Origin: Octopus bimaculoides
Lineage: Eukaryota
Length of the DNA: 64,000 nt
Direction of reading: 5' to 3'
Assembly: GCF_001194135.2 (NCBI RefSeq)
Contig: NC_068996.1
Location: 38,083,107 to 38,147,106, forward strand
Part shown: piece by piece, positions 52,105 through 64,000 of the stretch
How positions within the stretch are numbered: the stretch's first letter is position 1
Layout: the number at the start of each line of letters is the position of its first letter
Made by a program: the position numbers and the translations under genes
Notes under the pieces: model-generated
Seen by the model: the letters and a program-made list of their open reading frames with translations, nothing else
Database searches by the model: none
Told to the model about the DNA's origin: nothing

Positions 52105-53647
52105 TTAAAAAAGAAGCTTGATATGCTGCATATCAAAAAAGAGAAAACTGATGTTTAAACACTGAAGATTCTACAAGTATCAATGTCTTGAATAAAGGGA
52201 TTCAGTGCTAGATGTTCATTCATTTGAAGTACCATGCTCATTTTTTTCTTTTCACTTCTTGAGCTTGAAAGAAGAGGCAGTGCCCAAGGCCATTTTTAAA
52301 CTCTCCAATACTAGTGAGTTTAATGCTATTAATGTTCTATTTAATCTGTGGGAAAGCTGAAATGGAACATGCAGGACAGACTTAGGGAGGGAGAAGATTC
52401 CAAAGTGATGATGTTCTGGAGGGTAAGGACTGGGCACAGTGGTTGTGTGGTGCTATTATGGAATGACAGCTGGGGAGACAACTGGGTTAGAAGTGTCTGA
52501 AAGTAAGTTTCATATATCAGTCCATTATAATAGTGATAGAAAAGACAGTGACTGGAGGGAAAGAGAACATGTCTGTTAGCTGGAGTGTGTGTGTCCATTT
52601 GTAACTAAATGCTAATCAGTCAAGTTGCCCTCTTTCTCTGAACGCAGTCCGGCATGTCTGTAGCAGCAGTACCATTCCAGAAGTTGGATCTGTACTTTGT
52701 GGATTTCATTTGAGTCTTGTAGAATGTTGAAATCTGTTGTGAGAACTGAAATATTTTCTGACTCTAAAGAGAAGAACAAGTTTAAGGGATGTATTCCTAG
52801 CTATGTTAAGGATATGCTTTCACCAGAAGTCCTTAGTGATAGTGAGGCCTAGCATTTGGAACAACAATGAGGAATCTAGATAGGAGCCACCTGTGTTAAG
52901 GGTAATATGTAGTGCAGTTTTTTTTTTCTCTGTTAAGAGACACTTCAACAAAGCCCTACTGGAGAATGTGTTCAATATCGTTGTTCATGGATCCAGTGCA
53001 GGTTTGGTGTATGGCTGGTGAAATAGGAATGAAGGATATTTGCATAAGAATGTATATTGTTGAACATGTTGGTAAGCAGGTCATTGAAGTAAAGAACAAA
53101 GAGAACAAGGAAAAAAGCCAAATTTTGGGAAACACCAAACATTGAAATTTAGGTAGAAAGTGCTTCATAAACACATCACATGCTGTGATGGTGCAATCTG
53201 ATTACAAGCTATTGGTCCAAGAGATGAAAGATGGGTGGAGCCATTAGACAGGAAGTTTTGATCAAATGTTTGAATATGACTTTGCTGATGTCGAGGGCAA
53301 CATTCTTTGCACTGAACTTCTTTAAAGCAAGAGCCCACTTGTGAGTGATACAAGGGAGTAGATCTCCAGTGGGCCCGGCTCTGTGGAAGCCATACTGATC
53401 ATCATCACTGAGGAGAGAGGGATTTAAGATGCTGGTGAACTTCAGTGTTAATGACTGTCTCTGTTACTTGATTCTCATACAAGCTCACATATTATCAGTA
53501 CTTGGTATGTGTTTATAAGCATTCCTAGCATAGCAGTGACTTTTAAGACTAGTTATTTGCAACTTTCATCATATTAAAACAAAGCAACTGATAAATCCCA
53601 AATTAACGATGCTAATCGTTAATTAACTCCTTGGACAGCCTAGGATA

Positions 53648-54050
53648 TGAGGTTTGATCAATAAGTATCTGGACTGTTGCCATAGTAACGAAGCTAAAGC
53701 ACACAGAGTGAAGTCATTTGGCACAGATTAACCTTGGGCTCTGCTGAGCATGTGCACTAAGTTTTAACATTCTAGCTCATTTCTGCTGTTTACAGCAATG
53801 CCTGGAAGGAAAATGTGTAGCATATGATCGTCACATTGACCATGACAGAAAGTTGTCATGGTAATACCTGCTCAGAGGCCTTTGCAAAGTTGCAGAAAGT
53901 GTATGGAGAGGAGTGTATGAAATGCACAAGTGGTGTACAAGTGGTTCAGACATTTCCAAGATGGCCAAAAAAAATAATGTCAATAGTGACGAACGTTCTG
54001 GGAGACCGGCAACCAGCAGAACTGAGAAAAACATTGCAGCTGTGAGGGAA
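53648..54050 (+). mobile_element. mariner 5' fragment (TIR and HTH)
   Basis: TA|TGAGGTTTGATCAATAAGTATC terminus; EAFAKLQKVYGEECM and SDERSGRPATSRTEKNI across a frameshift. Confidence 0.75.
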
Positions 54051-54847
54051 TATTATATTAATTATTTCACCTTGAGTTCAAATCCTGCCACTGTCAACTT
54101 TGCCTTTCGTCCTTTAGGAGTGGTCAATAAAATAAAGTACCAGTCAAGTACTAGGGTCAATGGAATCAACTATACTCCCTACCCTCAAAATTACTGGCCT
54201 TATGCTTAAATCAGAAACCGCTATTTGTTTCACTTTTATTAACTAGAAATATATTTCACAGTTTAATGTTAATAACTTGAATGATACCAGAAAAAGTAGA
54301 CAAACAAAACCTGTTATAAATGTAACCTAACTACAGAGAAAAATTGGATTCATGAAATTCATATTTTTATCTCAGCAGTTAACTATGAATACTGTATTTC
54401 ATATGTCTGTATCTATCTACAAAATAGGGTTTATGTCTGACTAGTTTTAATTCAGAAACTATGGAAATTCAGTATTAAAAATATAAATCTTCTTTAATGG
54501 AAGATAGGCTGTGTGGTAAGGAATTTACTTTCCAACCAAATGGTTCTGGGTTCAGTCCCACTGCATAGCACTTTGTGACAGTGTCTTCTACTATAACCTC
54601 AGTCAGACCAAAGCTTTGTGAGTGGATTTGGTAGACAGAAACTGAAAGAAGCCTGTCATATATGAGTGGGTGCTGAAAAGTTCCTGGCTTTGGGTAAAAG
54701 AAAATACAGGGTGATCAGTTAATTGTAATTTTATTCTCAGATTCACTCACTTATTGTAGTGGTCCTTCAGTTTTTATAAGCCCTGTAAAAGAACTCATAA
54801 GGTCAAGCCACCAACAATGCCTGAGAAAGTTGTCATGGCAATACCTG

Positions 54848-55180
54848 TCCTGCTTCTGACTGGAGTTTGAGAATTCTCTTGTTTTTATAGAGAGAACATG
54901 ACTCAAATCTCTATATGTTTAGGATAGAATTTGATTGGAAGAGGATGATCACATTAGTGGGCTTAGAAATTTTTGTAAGTTCCTTGCTACATCCTTGCAT
55001 TAATGTTATGTTACAATATTTTTTGTGTTAAAAGTTAAGGTTGACATAGTTGAGTGAATGTGTCTGGTGACAGTAGGAGGGAACTTACAAACATTTTTGA
55101 GCCTAATCACTTGATCATCATCTACCAATCAATTTGCATCCTAAAAAGATAGTATCTTGAAACTCCAGTCAGAAGCAAGA
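54848..55180. repeat. Diverged MITE with long inverted arms
   Basis: TGCTTCTGACTGGAGTTT / AAACTCCAGTCAGAAGCA ends plus an inner inverted block. Confidence 0.75.
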
Positions 55181-55462
55181 TAGTTGTGGCTTAGCCCCCA
55201 TGTCTTTCTATCCCAACATTTGAACATCAGAAAAATCTGTGAAACTAGTTAAGCCTTTAAAAATAAACCACCTAAAAGACTCCCAGTGCTTTTTCAACTT
55301 CTTTTCTTCTATATTTCTACCCATGTTGAATAAAATAACTTTGTTTTATATATATATATATATATATATNNNNNNNNNNNNNNNNNNNNNNNNNNNNNNN
55401 NNNNNNNNNNNNNNNNNNNNNNNNNNNNNNNNNNNNNNNNNNNNNNNNNNNNNNNNNNNNNN

Positions 55463-55624
55463 TTCCCATCCATAAAGGGTTTAGCTTTATGGCATATTGT
55501 CAGATTCCAAAAACCTGTTGACCAAGACCTCTTTAAAATATGGAGGTTTCTAAAAGTTCTTGGGTCAACAAGTTTTTGGGATCTGACGATATGCCATAAA
55601 GTTAAACCCCTTTAGTGGCAGGAA
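55463..55624. repeat. Palindromic element (~65-bp arms)
   Basis: CTTTATGGCATATTGTCAGATTCCAAAAAC mirrored by GTTTTTGGGATCTGACGATATGCCATAAAG. Confidence 0.8.
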
Positions 55625-55734
55625 ACCTAAGGTAATCCCATAAACCAGCCTTCTCCATTTTTAATATATACTGCTCTACATCTTAGAGTGTGCTTCTTCT
55701 TTTGGATTTATGTTTTTTTCAGACAATGTGTGTG

Positions 55735-55767
<33 letters not shown>

Positions 55768-56254
55768 ATCATCATCATCGTTTAACGTCCGCTTTCCATG
55801 CTAGCATGGGTTGGACGATTTGACTGAGGACTTGTGAAACCAGATGGCTACACCAGGCTCCAATCTGATTTGGCAGAGTTTCTACAGCTGGATGATATAT
55901 ATATATGCATATATATATCTGTGTGTGTGTGTGTATGTGTGTGTTTGTCTTAGTATCTGTTTTTGTCCACCACCACCACTTGACACCCAGTGTTGGCATG
56001 TGCATGTCTTCATAACTTAGCAGTTTGGCAAAAGAGACTAATAGAATAAGTACCAGGGTCAATTCGTTCAACTAAAATTCTTCAATGCATGGATGTGTGG
56101 TAAGAAGTTTGCTTCCCAACCTCATGATTCCAGGTTCAGTTCCATTGCGTGGCATTTTGTGCAAGTGTCTTCTACTATGATCTCTGGCTGACCAAAGCTT
56201 TGTGAGTAGATTTGGTAGACAGAAACTGAAATTAGCAATGTGGGATTGAACACT

Positions 56255-56803
56255 GCCATGTTGAAGAAGCTCGCCCGATTGACGCTTGAGTCATTTCAGC
56301 TGAATTGCTTCATTGTGTCAGTGCATTTGCTGAACATAAAGATTTGCATTAGACATATGGTTGTTTCCAAAAATTTCATAGTGAATTAGCCCTTCCCAAT
56401 CCCACCAAACACTAATCATTGTCTTGCATGTACACACCTCTGGTTTGGCTGGAAGTGTTATTTGCTTGTTGGGACTTATCCATTCTTTTTTCTGTTTCAT
56501 ATTGATGCAAAGACACCATCTTTCATCGCCTGTAATGATACAGTAAAGAAATCTCCATTTGTATCCAAGTAGACTGGTGTTGAGAGAGCAAACTGGTGGC
56601 TATGGAGGAGTACCAGAGTTCATCTCATTCATTCAGAATGTAGGGAATCAATGCACTGAGTTTTTGAACCTGACCCATAGAGTGATGGTGTCAGATGATG
56701 GTATCGTGAGAGCACTTCATTTGCTGTGTCAGTTCCCTATGGATTGTGAATAAGCTGGTTCAATCTATCCTCTCTTAACAGAACTGGTTGACCAGAGAGG
56801 TTG
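56255..56803 (-). mobile_element. mariner transposase fragment
   Basis: ORF 56318..56500: KTMISVWWDWEGLIHYE, the mariner catalytic-domain motif; runs into a gap. Confidence 0.8.
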
Positions 56804-57309
56804 ANNNNNNNNNNNNNNNNNNNNNNNNNNNNNNNNNNNNNNNNNNNNNNNNNNNNNNNNNNNNNNNNNNNNNNNNNNNNNNNNNNNNNNNNNNNNNNNN
56901 NNNNNNNNNNNNNNNNNNNNNNNNNNNNNNNNNNNNNNNNNNNNNNNNNNNNNNNNNNNNNNNNNNNNNNNNNNNNNNNNNNNNNNNNNNNNNNNNNNNN
57001 NNNNNNNNNNNNNNNNNNNNNNNNNNNNNNNNNNNNNNNNNNNNNNNNNNNNNNNNNNNNNNNNNNNNNNNNNNNNNNNNNNNNNNNNNNNNNNNNNNNN
57101 NNNNNNNNNNNNNNNNNNNNNNNNNNNNNNNNNNNNNNNNNNNNNNNNNNNNNNNNNNNNNNNNNNNNNNNNNNNNNNNNNNNNNNNNNNNNNNNNNNNN
57201 NNNNNNNNNNNNNNNNNNNNNNNNNNNNNNNNNNNNNNNNNNNNNNNNNNNNNNNNNNNNNNNNNNNNNTTTGGTAGACAGAAACTAGAAGAAGCTCGTC
57301 GTATATATG

Positions 57310-57340
<31 letters not shown>

Positions 57341-58029
57341 TTGTGTGTCTGTGTTTGTCCCCCTAGCATTGCTTGACAAATGATGCTGGTGTGTTTATGT
57401 CCCCGTCACTTAGCGGTTCGGCAAAAGAGACCGATAGAATAAGTACTAGGCTTACAAAGAATAAGTCCCGGGGTCGATTTGCTCGACTAAAGGCGGTGCT
57501 CCAGCATGGCCACAGTCAAATGACTGAAACAAATAAAAGAGTAAAAGAGAGAGTAAAGGAAAAATAAAGCTACAAAAATAACCCATTAAGAGAAAATGCA
57601 ACTGGAAAGTCTTGTGTTCCATGCACCCTTCTCCCTAAATATAAAAACATGTAGATAAGATCTTTCTTAAATTAGTAGATAAACACTTGCCCCTCACAAA
57701 TAGGTTCCATAAAATATTTAATAGACATACTTTAAGAATTTCTTTTAGTTGTGCATTAAGTATAAAGAAATAGTAGCAGACCCAAGATGTTCATACAGAA
57801 GCAACACCACATGTTCCTTTAACAACCAATGAAACATAGAGACCATCATGTATGTGATGGGAGTGATGTCAAAAGACACCAGTGGGAAGAGAAACATGTA
57901 GAAGTACATGAGCATGACGGAAGTCTCTTTCAGAGTCAGATCTAATAAGCATAAATCCTCCTTTAATATCCAGGAAAGGCATGATATTGCAGCCTTGGCT
58001 AGGTATGTATGGTCATTGAAAGAAAGCAC

Positions 58030-58230
58030 CATAGATTACAACATCAAATAGAGAGTGCTTGAGAAGTGCAAACCTTACTTAAATAGTAATAGGAGGTACA
58101 GGCTATGTCTGACTGAGAAAAGAACTATACTAAAGAACTCTCTTCACTCAGATATTTGCCTAAACTGCAAGAGCAAGGTTTTAGGCTCAAGCCCACATGA
58201 AAGGAAATATGTTATTAGTTACTTGCAAAC
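58030..58230 (+). mobile_element. Penelope-like element, C-terminal GIY-YIG region fragment
   Basis: IDYNIK*RVLEKCKPY....RYRLCLTEK..IL......LN.KS.V....PH.RK motif. Confidence 0.7.
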
Positions 58231-58855
58231 TCCATCATGGTTATAAATTTTAAGATTTCCACTATCAATCTTCTCACCACCACAAATGGACAAGCTGAAT
58301 TTTTTTCAATACATGCTGCAGTTTTGATGTTAAACTCTGCTTCATAAAGGTAACATGTAGCTAATCATGATTTCACATGCTATAAGCAATACAGTTCATT
58401 AAATACAATTTTAAAATATTTTATTTAAGCTTGCCTTGAACCTTTGTACCTCGAGAAAGTTTTAACAGAATTTTAAAATTGAGTCCACCAACCTTGGATT
58501 TTGCAGTTCTTGCTTATGTATCAATTACTGGACAATTATACCTAAGCCATCTGAGTGCACAGTCGTCTGTTTTCCAGATTGGAATTGAAGGACCAATGAA
58601 GTTTAATAAACATGAAATTGCTGACATAGTTTATTAACATACTAGACCTTGTTTCTGTTAAAATAAAGTCCATATTACTAAAGCCTCATTCATGCTCAGA
58701 GAAGCTGTATGGGATTACTTTTGAGTGTCTGATTAAGGGTTTCCAATCTGGTGGAATATGTTACCCACTATTTTCAAGAAATACTAATGACTTATAAGTA
58801 TGAGGTATTTCGTTATGCAACCATAATATACTATAAAGTATATTAGACATGTTTT

Positions 58856-59369
58856 ATAAGTCAATACCACATTCTACTGCATTAACAGTGTGCTTTTACA
58901 TTATTTGTTAAGGTTATCTCTACAGATATTTGATAGAAATTATAGCCAGCACTGATTTTTGTTACTATGTTTCATATACAAGACGTCAGATATAAACAAA
59001 CAATGAGATTGAAGATAAAAATGGGTAATGGGCATATATGCATATTTCCGGGCGTTTTTTCCCCTTCATCAGCACCCATCTAACCCCTTAATCATCCATG
59101 AACTCATTGCTTGAATAGCCACTAAGTATAGCGGTGTATAGTTATCAGATATACCAATTTACATATTAAATGCATTCCTGGAAGCTGGTACATGAATACT
59201 AATGATTTGTAGGTACATGGTATTTTGTTAGGCAAATCAAACATTTTTTTAATAAGTCAACACTGCATTCTACTGTGTTAGCAGTGTGCTTTTACATTAT
59301 TTGTTAAGGTTATCTCTACAGATATTCGATAGAAATTATAGTCAACACTGATTTTTGTTACTGTTTCAT
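58856..59369 (+). repeat. ~118-bp direct repeats flanking a ~280-bp insert
   Basis: 58856-58975 vs 59252-59369 (GTGTGCTTTTACATTATTTGTTAAGGTTATCTCTACAGATATT identical). Confidence 0.9.
59028..59079 (-). ncRNA. Type I hammerhead ribozyme motif with palindromic helix III
   Basis: AUGGGUG-CUGAUGA-AGGGG(aaaaaac)GCCCG-GAA-AUAUGCAUAU-A-UGCCCAU; 7-bp stem I; perfect 10-nt palindrome; imperfect closing pair of stem II. Confidence 0.6.
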
Positions 59370-61454
59370 TTTCTCCAAATCCTGGATTTATTTCAGCGGT
59401 ATTGACTTCTCAGCTCAGTTATCATGTTTGGAATGGACTATAAAGTGACTGACTGAGATGTTATTTATTCATAGAAAGAAGTCGGGATGAATAACTATTG
59501 TTTCATATTGTTTATGATACTGGTTAAAAACTGGTCTCAACTGATTGAAACAATCTTGCTGTCATCTTTCAGTAACATTCTTTGCTTCTAAGACTTTTTT
59601 TTACCCTTCATATGCTGCCACAAATTAACTTGTCACCATAGACTATAGTAATATCCCTTTTTTGTAAAGACTCAGAAAGAAGAGATAACATCATACATAA
59701 ATGCCAGATCAAGGAGAAACTGCTTTGATGGAAGGTATTTCTGCAGCCCCCTAAAGGTGCACTGGTCAACTGTTGGTCAACTTTTATCAGTAACACGCTC
59801 AAAAAAAAAAAATAATAAATAAATAAATAAATAACACTGTACTACATAGTTGTTTCTAAATGCTAAGAGAGTTCTGAAGGAGTTTGAAGCCCATCTAATT
59901 CCTAACATTCTACCAATTTTTTTCATTTATTCATCAAGCTTTGAGGCATACTTTCAAATTTCTCTTTGATTCTAAGAAGACTGACCATATAAAGAGTATG
60001 GCTTATCCATAAATGAACACTAATGATAAACACCATGTACTTCAGAAATTGCATCTGTTACAGACAGCTCCATGTGATGATTGAAGCGTTGCCATACAAT
60101 AATATTAGGATATTTCTAAGGCGGTGAGCTGGCAGAAACATTAGCATGCCAGGTGAAATGCCTAGCATTATTTCATCTGTCTTTACATTCTGAGTTCAAA
60201 TTCTGCTGAGGTTAACTTTGCCTTTCATCCTTTCGGGGTCAAGAAATTAAGTACCAGTTGCATACTGGGATCGATCTAATCAACTGGCCCCCCTCCCCCA
60301 AAATTTCAGGCCTTGTGTCTAGAGTAGAAAGGAATATCACAATATTTCTGCAACAGTCACTGAGCCACCATAAAGCTTTCTCCCAAAATTATACTAGCAC
60401 TATCAATGGTAAATGCATTTAGATTATCCTGAAGATAATCATAATCAAACCCATACTCAGCATAATTAAGTGGTCGCTTATAGTTTCTGCTGTGACCTCA
60501 GGTAATTCTAATAAATCCAGAAATATAAAATGTGGATCTTCTGATTTATTAGTTTCAGATTTCAAATAGATTATCAAGATTTTTGCTGCTAAGAGTTTAT
60601 CAGAATGGTTATTTTCTTTTTTATTTTAAGAATGCATTTTCAGACTCCCAATTTCATTTCCTGTGCAACATGGTCAATAACATCTGTTGCACTAAATCAT
60701 GAATGCTAACTTTTAGTGAATTACTGCACCATCCAATTTTTGAAATTGCAACAAATCAAAATGATCAGTGCATAGTTTCTCATTTTTGGTAAGCAAACAC
60801 GCAGTTCTAAATATTTTGCAGGTAGTCGATTCAGATTTATTTAAGCAATCCATGTTAGTTTCCAGTAGTCATTCTCTGTAGAATTTCAATAGCATTGTTA
60901 TGTGACTATGTCCTTGAAGGAAGTAAACAATTTTTTTTTTCAAACTGATCAGCTGCTACTTCTGAAAGAAACTGAAATTGAACTCCATTTTTTAAAAACA
61001 CTACTACCTCGTGATTTTAAGCCTGGTACTAATTCTATTAGTCTCTTTTGCTGAACAACTGAGTTACAGGGTTGTAAACAAAACAATGCTGGTTGTCAAG
61101 CTGTGGGTGGGGAGACAAAAACTAAAACAGACTCACACACACACACACACATACATAACAGACTACCATACAGTTTCCGTGAACCAAATTCTCTCACAAG
61201 GTATTAGTTGGCCCAAGGCTTTGCACATTGTGATTGAACCAAGAACTACATAGTTGCAAAGCAAGCTTTTAACCATACAGCTATGTATGTATATGGCTAT
61301 ATGGTCAAGATGCTTGCTTCAGGGTCACACAATCTCAGTTTCAGTCCCACTCTTTGGCGTCAAGTTTTAGCATCTATTATAGTCCTGAACTGACTAATAC
61401 TTTTCGACAAAATTTGGTAAATGGAAATTGTTGGCTATCCTGTGTATATGTATG

Positions 61455-61485
<31 letters not shown>

Positions 61486-61745
61486 CACATGCACAAATGT
61501 GCAATAATCTTGCTATTCCATGTTTGTCACCAATTTAGTAAAACGGGTGAAAAAAGTGATAATATTTATGTCCTTAACTTAAGGTAAAGGCCATCCTCTG
61601 TGCTTTAATATAAAAATATCTTTTACTTGAAAAACAGGTATGGGTTGGTGACAAGAGGAATGTCTGGCTGCAAAATCCTACCTCAAATAACATCCCCACC
61701 TGACTCATACTAATATGGAAAAAAAAGATGTAAAATAAATAAATA

Positions 61746-62236
61746 CCGTAAATCCTTGAGTATAATCCACATTTTTTTCCCCAAATTTAAAGGTCAAAAT
61801 CCCTAGGTTAAAAATGAAAAATATTTTCTCAGCAATGTCCGAGTCTCTATATGCTGTCCGGCAATGTTTATTCAGACGCATTTTGTGATGTCTGGCTTGT
61901 ATCTGATAGTGATAAATATGTAAAGGCAATTTACTTAATATTTATTTTTCACTGACGTTATTACTGTTATTTCTTTATTTTCTGCAAACAAAGTGCACAA
62001 AAAAGCTACATGTTTGCATTATGTTATATATACAATAATAATAAAGGACGTTACCGTATATACGTTTACAAACCAAGGACATTATATAGACCTCCTTGAC
62101 TCAAGTTAGAGAAGGGGTGCGTACTATACACAAGGTTTAAGTTTTTCAGAGATACAGCTCCCTAGCCCTAACCCTAACTCCCTAAAAATCCCCTGCGTAT
62201 TATACTCAAGGGCGGACTATACTCGAGGATTTACAG
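61746..62236. mobile_element. pogo/Tigger-like MITE
   Basis: TA|CCGTAAATCCTTGAGTATA...TATACTCGAGGATTTACAG|TA; 17/19 TIR match. Confidence 0.85.
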
Positions 62237-62425
62237 TATATGCCAATATATATAACATCCACTATGAAATGCTTGCATCTCACAGCTGATTTAGATTTAT
62301 TTACACCATTTATCTACAGCAGAGTTTCCCAACCAGGGGTGTGAGATAGCATTCCAAGGAGTGCAAGCAGGGCCGGATCTATAGGCAAGTGGGGTCAAAG
62401 AGGGCAATTGTCCCGGGCGCCTTTA

Positions 62426-63719
62426 TCTATATATATAAAAATGAGAATGTGTGTCTGTCTGTCTGTCTGTGTGAATCCCTAAAACTCGAGAACTACGCAA
62501 CCAATTTCATTCAAATTTTACACATGCCTTACTTAGGCTTCCAGTTGTGTTTTAGTCCAAAAAAATTATTAACTTCTTGCAGAGTTCGAGCACACGGCAA
62601 CATAATATCTCCTCCACTATTTAAGTATTACGTGTCAAAAGTGAAACAAAAACACTCATGTCAAATACTTTCACTTTAAAAATGAAACTATNNNNNNNNN
62701 NNNNNNNNNNNNNNNNNNNNNNNNNNNNNNNNNNNNNNNNNNNNNNNNNNNNNNNNNNNNNNNNNNNNNNNNNNNNNNNNNNNNNNNNNNNNNNNNNNNN
62801 NNNNNNNNNNNNNNNNNNNNNNNNNNNNNNNNNNNNNNNNNNNNNNNNNNNNNNNNNNNNNNNNNNNNNNNNNNNNNNNNNNNNNNNNNNNNNNNNNNNN
62901 NNNNNNNNNNNNNNNNNNNNNNNNNNNNNNNNNNNNNNNNNNNNNNNNNNNNNNNNNNNNNNNNNNNNNNNNNNNNNNNNNNNNNNNNNNNNNNNNNNNN
63001 NNNNNNNNNNNNNNNNNNNNNNNNNNNNNNNNNNNNNNNNNNNNNNNNNNNNNNNNNNNNNNNNNNNNNNNNNNNNNNNNNNNNNNNNNNNNNNNNNNNN
63101 NNNNNNNNNNNNNNNNNNNNNNNNNNNNNNNNNNNNNNNNNNNNNNNNNNNNNNNNNNNNNNNNNNNNNNNNNNNNNNNNNNNNNNNNNNNNNNNNNNNN
63201 NNNNNNNNNNNNNNNNNNNNNNNNNNNNNNNNNNNNNNNNNNNNNNNNNNNNNNNNNNNNNNNNNNNNNNNNNNNNNNNNNNNNNNNNNNNNNNNNNNNN
63301 NNNNNNNNNNNNNNNNNNNNNNNNNNNNNNNNNNNNNNNNNNNNNNNNNNNNNNNNNNNNNNNNNNNNNNNNNNNNNNNNNNNNNNNNNNNNNNNNNNNN
63401 NNGACAACTGTATGTTGGCTGCTCAAGAGTGGGCAGCAACAAAAAACCTATTTGTATATGCTCCACAAGGGAAAACAAGGAACATAGTTTACAATGAGGT
63501 GTTATAATCACAACAGCAAGAAAGTATGTACATGATCACCTTCTTTTACGAAACTTCATTGACTTTCATATATTTATATTGATATACATATATATATATG
63601 TGTGTTTGGGTGCGTGTGTGTATATACATCTCTATATATAAAGATGATGCGTAGTCTAGACGGCGTTTTTAGATTTCATTATTCTCTTTAACCCGGGCAA
63701 TGCCGGGTATTTCTGCTAG
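62426..63719 (+). mobile_element. Helitron (internally deleted or gap-compressed)
   Basis: A|TCTATATATATAAAA 5' end with (GTCT)n; 3' hairpin ACCCGGGCAATGCCGGGT then CTAG|T; contains helicase C-terminus. Confidence 0.9.
63403..63507 (+). pseudogene. Helitron PIF1-like helicase C-terminal fragment
   Basis: GQLYVGCSRVGS [frameshift] LFVYAPQGKTRNIVYNEVL*; matches helicase motif VI and the conserved Helitron terminus. Confidence 0.85.
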
Positions 63720-64000
63720 TTCTTATATAAATTATTACTTTAAGGGGTGTGAGAACATATTAAAATTTTTTAGGGGTGCACAGGGCATAAAAAAAGTTGA
63801 GAACCACTGGTCTACAGCAAGAAATATTTTCCATGACAAAACACAGTGAATGGCTTTGTTACAGGTTCAAATATTCCCAAGACATATTTGAACTGGTGAT
63901 AACTTTGTAAATATATATAATCTTTGCCACTTAGGTTAATTCTTCTATTCAGGTTAATCAGAATTGTGATGTTACTTTAGTGTGTTAGTTAGCATGGCAT

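Larger units (their letters stand above)
62320..63809. mobile_element. hAT/Charlie-like MITE hosting nested insertions
   Basis: TIRs CAGAGTTTCCCAAC / GTTGAGAACCACTG; 8-bp TSD ATCTACAG (62312-62319) / GTCTACAG (63810-63817). Confidence 0.85.

Noticed and set aside
2858-63511. Long ORFs containing X runs or poly-IY/CV/HT/RE/LS tracts
   Set aside because: They are translations of N-gaps and dinucleotide microsatellites, not genes.

Overview
AT-rich, repeat-saturated eukaryotic genomic DNA with 13 N-gaps, mostly next to (TA)n/(CA)n microsatellites. The SINE, RTE and MITE families look like those of an octopod cephalopod (inference). One protein-coding gene is well supported: a + strand NECAP (adaptin-ear-binding coat-associated protein) with 7 coding exons (12120-12208, 31515-31615, 35200-35301, 36372-36453, 43654-43762, 46333-46703, 46917-46953; 891 nt, 296 aa). 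It has an N-terminal PHear domain, a KEG motif, and WGDF and terminal WVQF motifs. A possible divergent spliced transcript lies upstream on the - strand. The rest is transposon debris: a near full-length Tc1, a Gypsy LTR element split by an RTE LINE, Copia, R4/NeSL-like, mariner and Penelope fragments, a Helitron nested in a hAT MITE, many SINEs and several foldback MITEs. The most unusual signal is a set of minimal hammerhead-ribozyme motifs. Two sit in the tails of a zero-spacer head-to-head tRNA-headed SINE palindrome flanked by an 18-bp direct repeat; others lie at about 59.0 kb and 23.3 kb. Coordinates were counted by hand; repeat boundaries are approximate.
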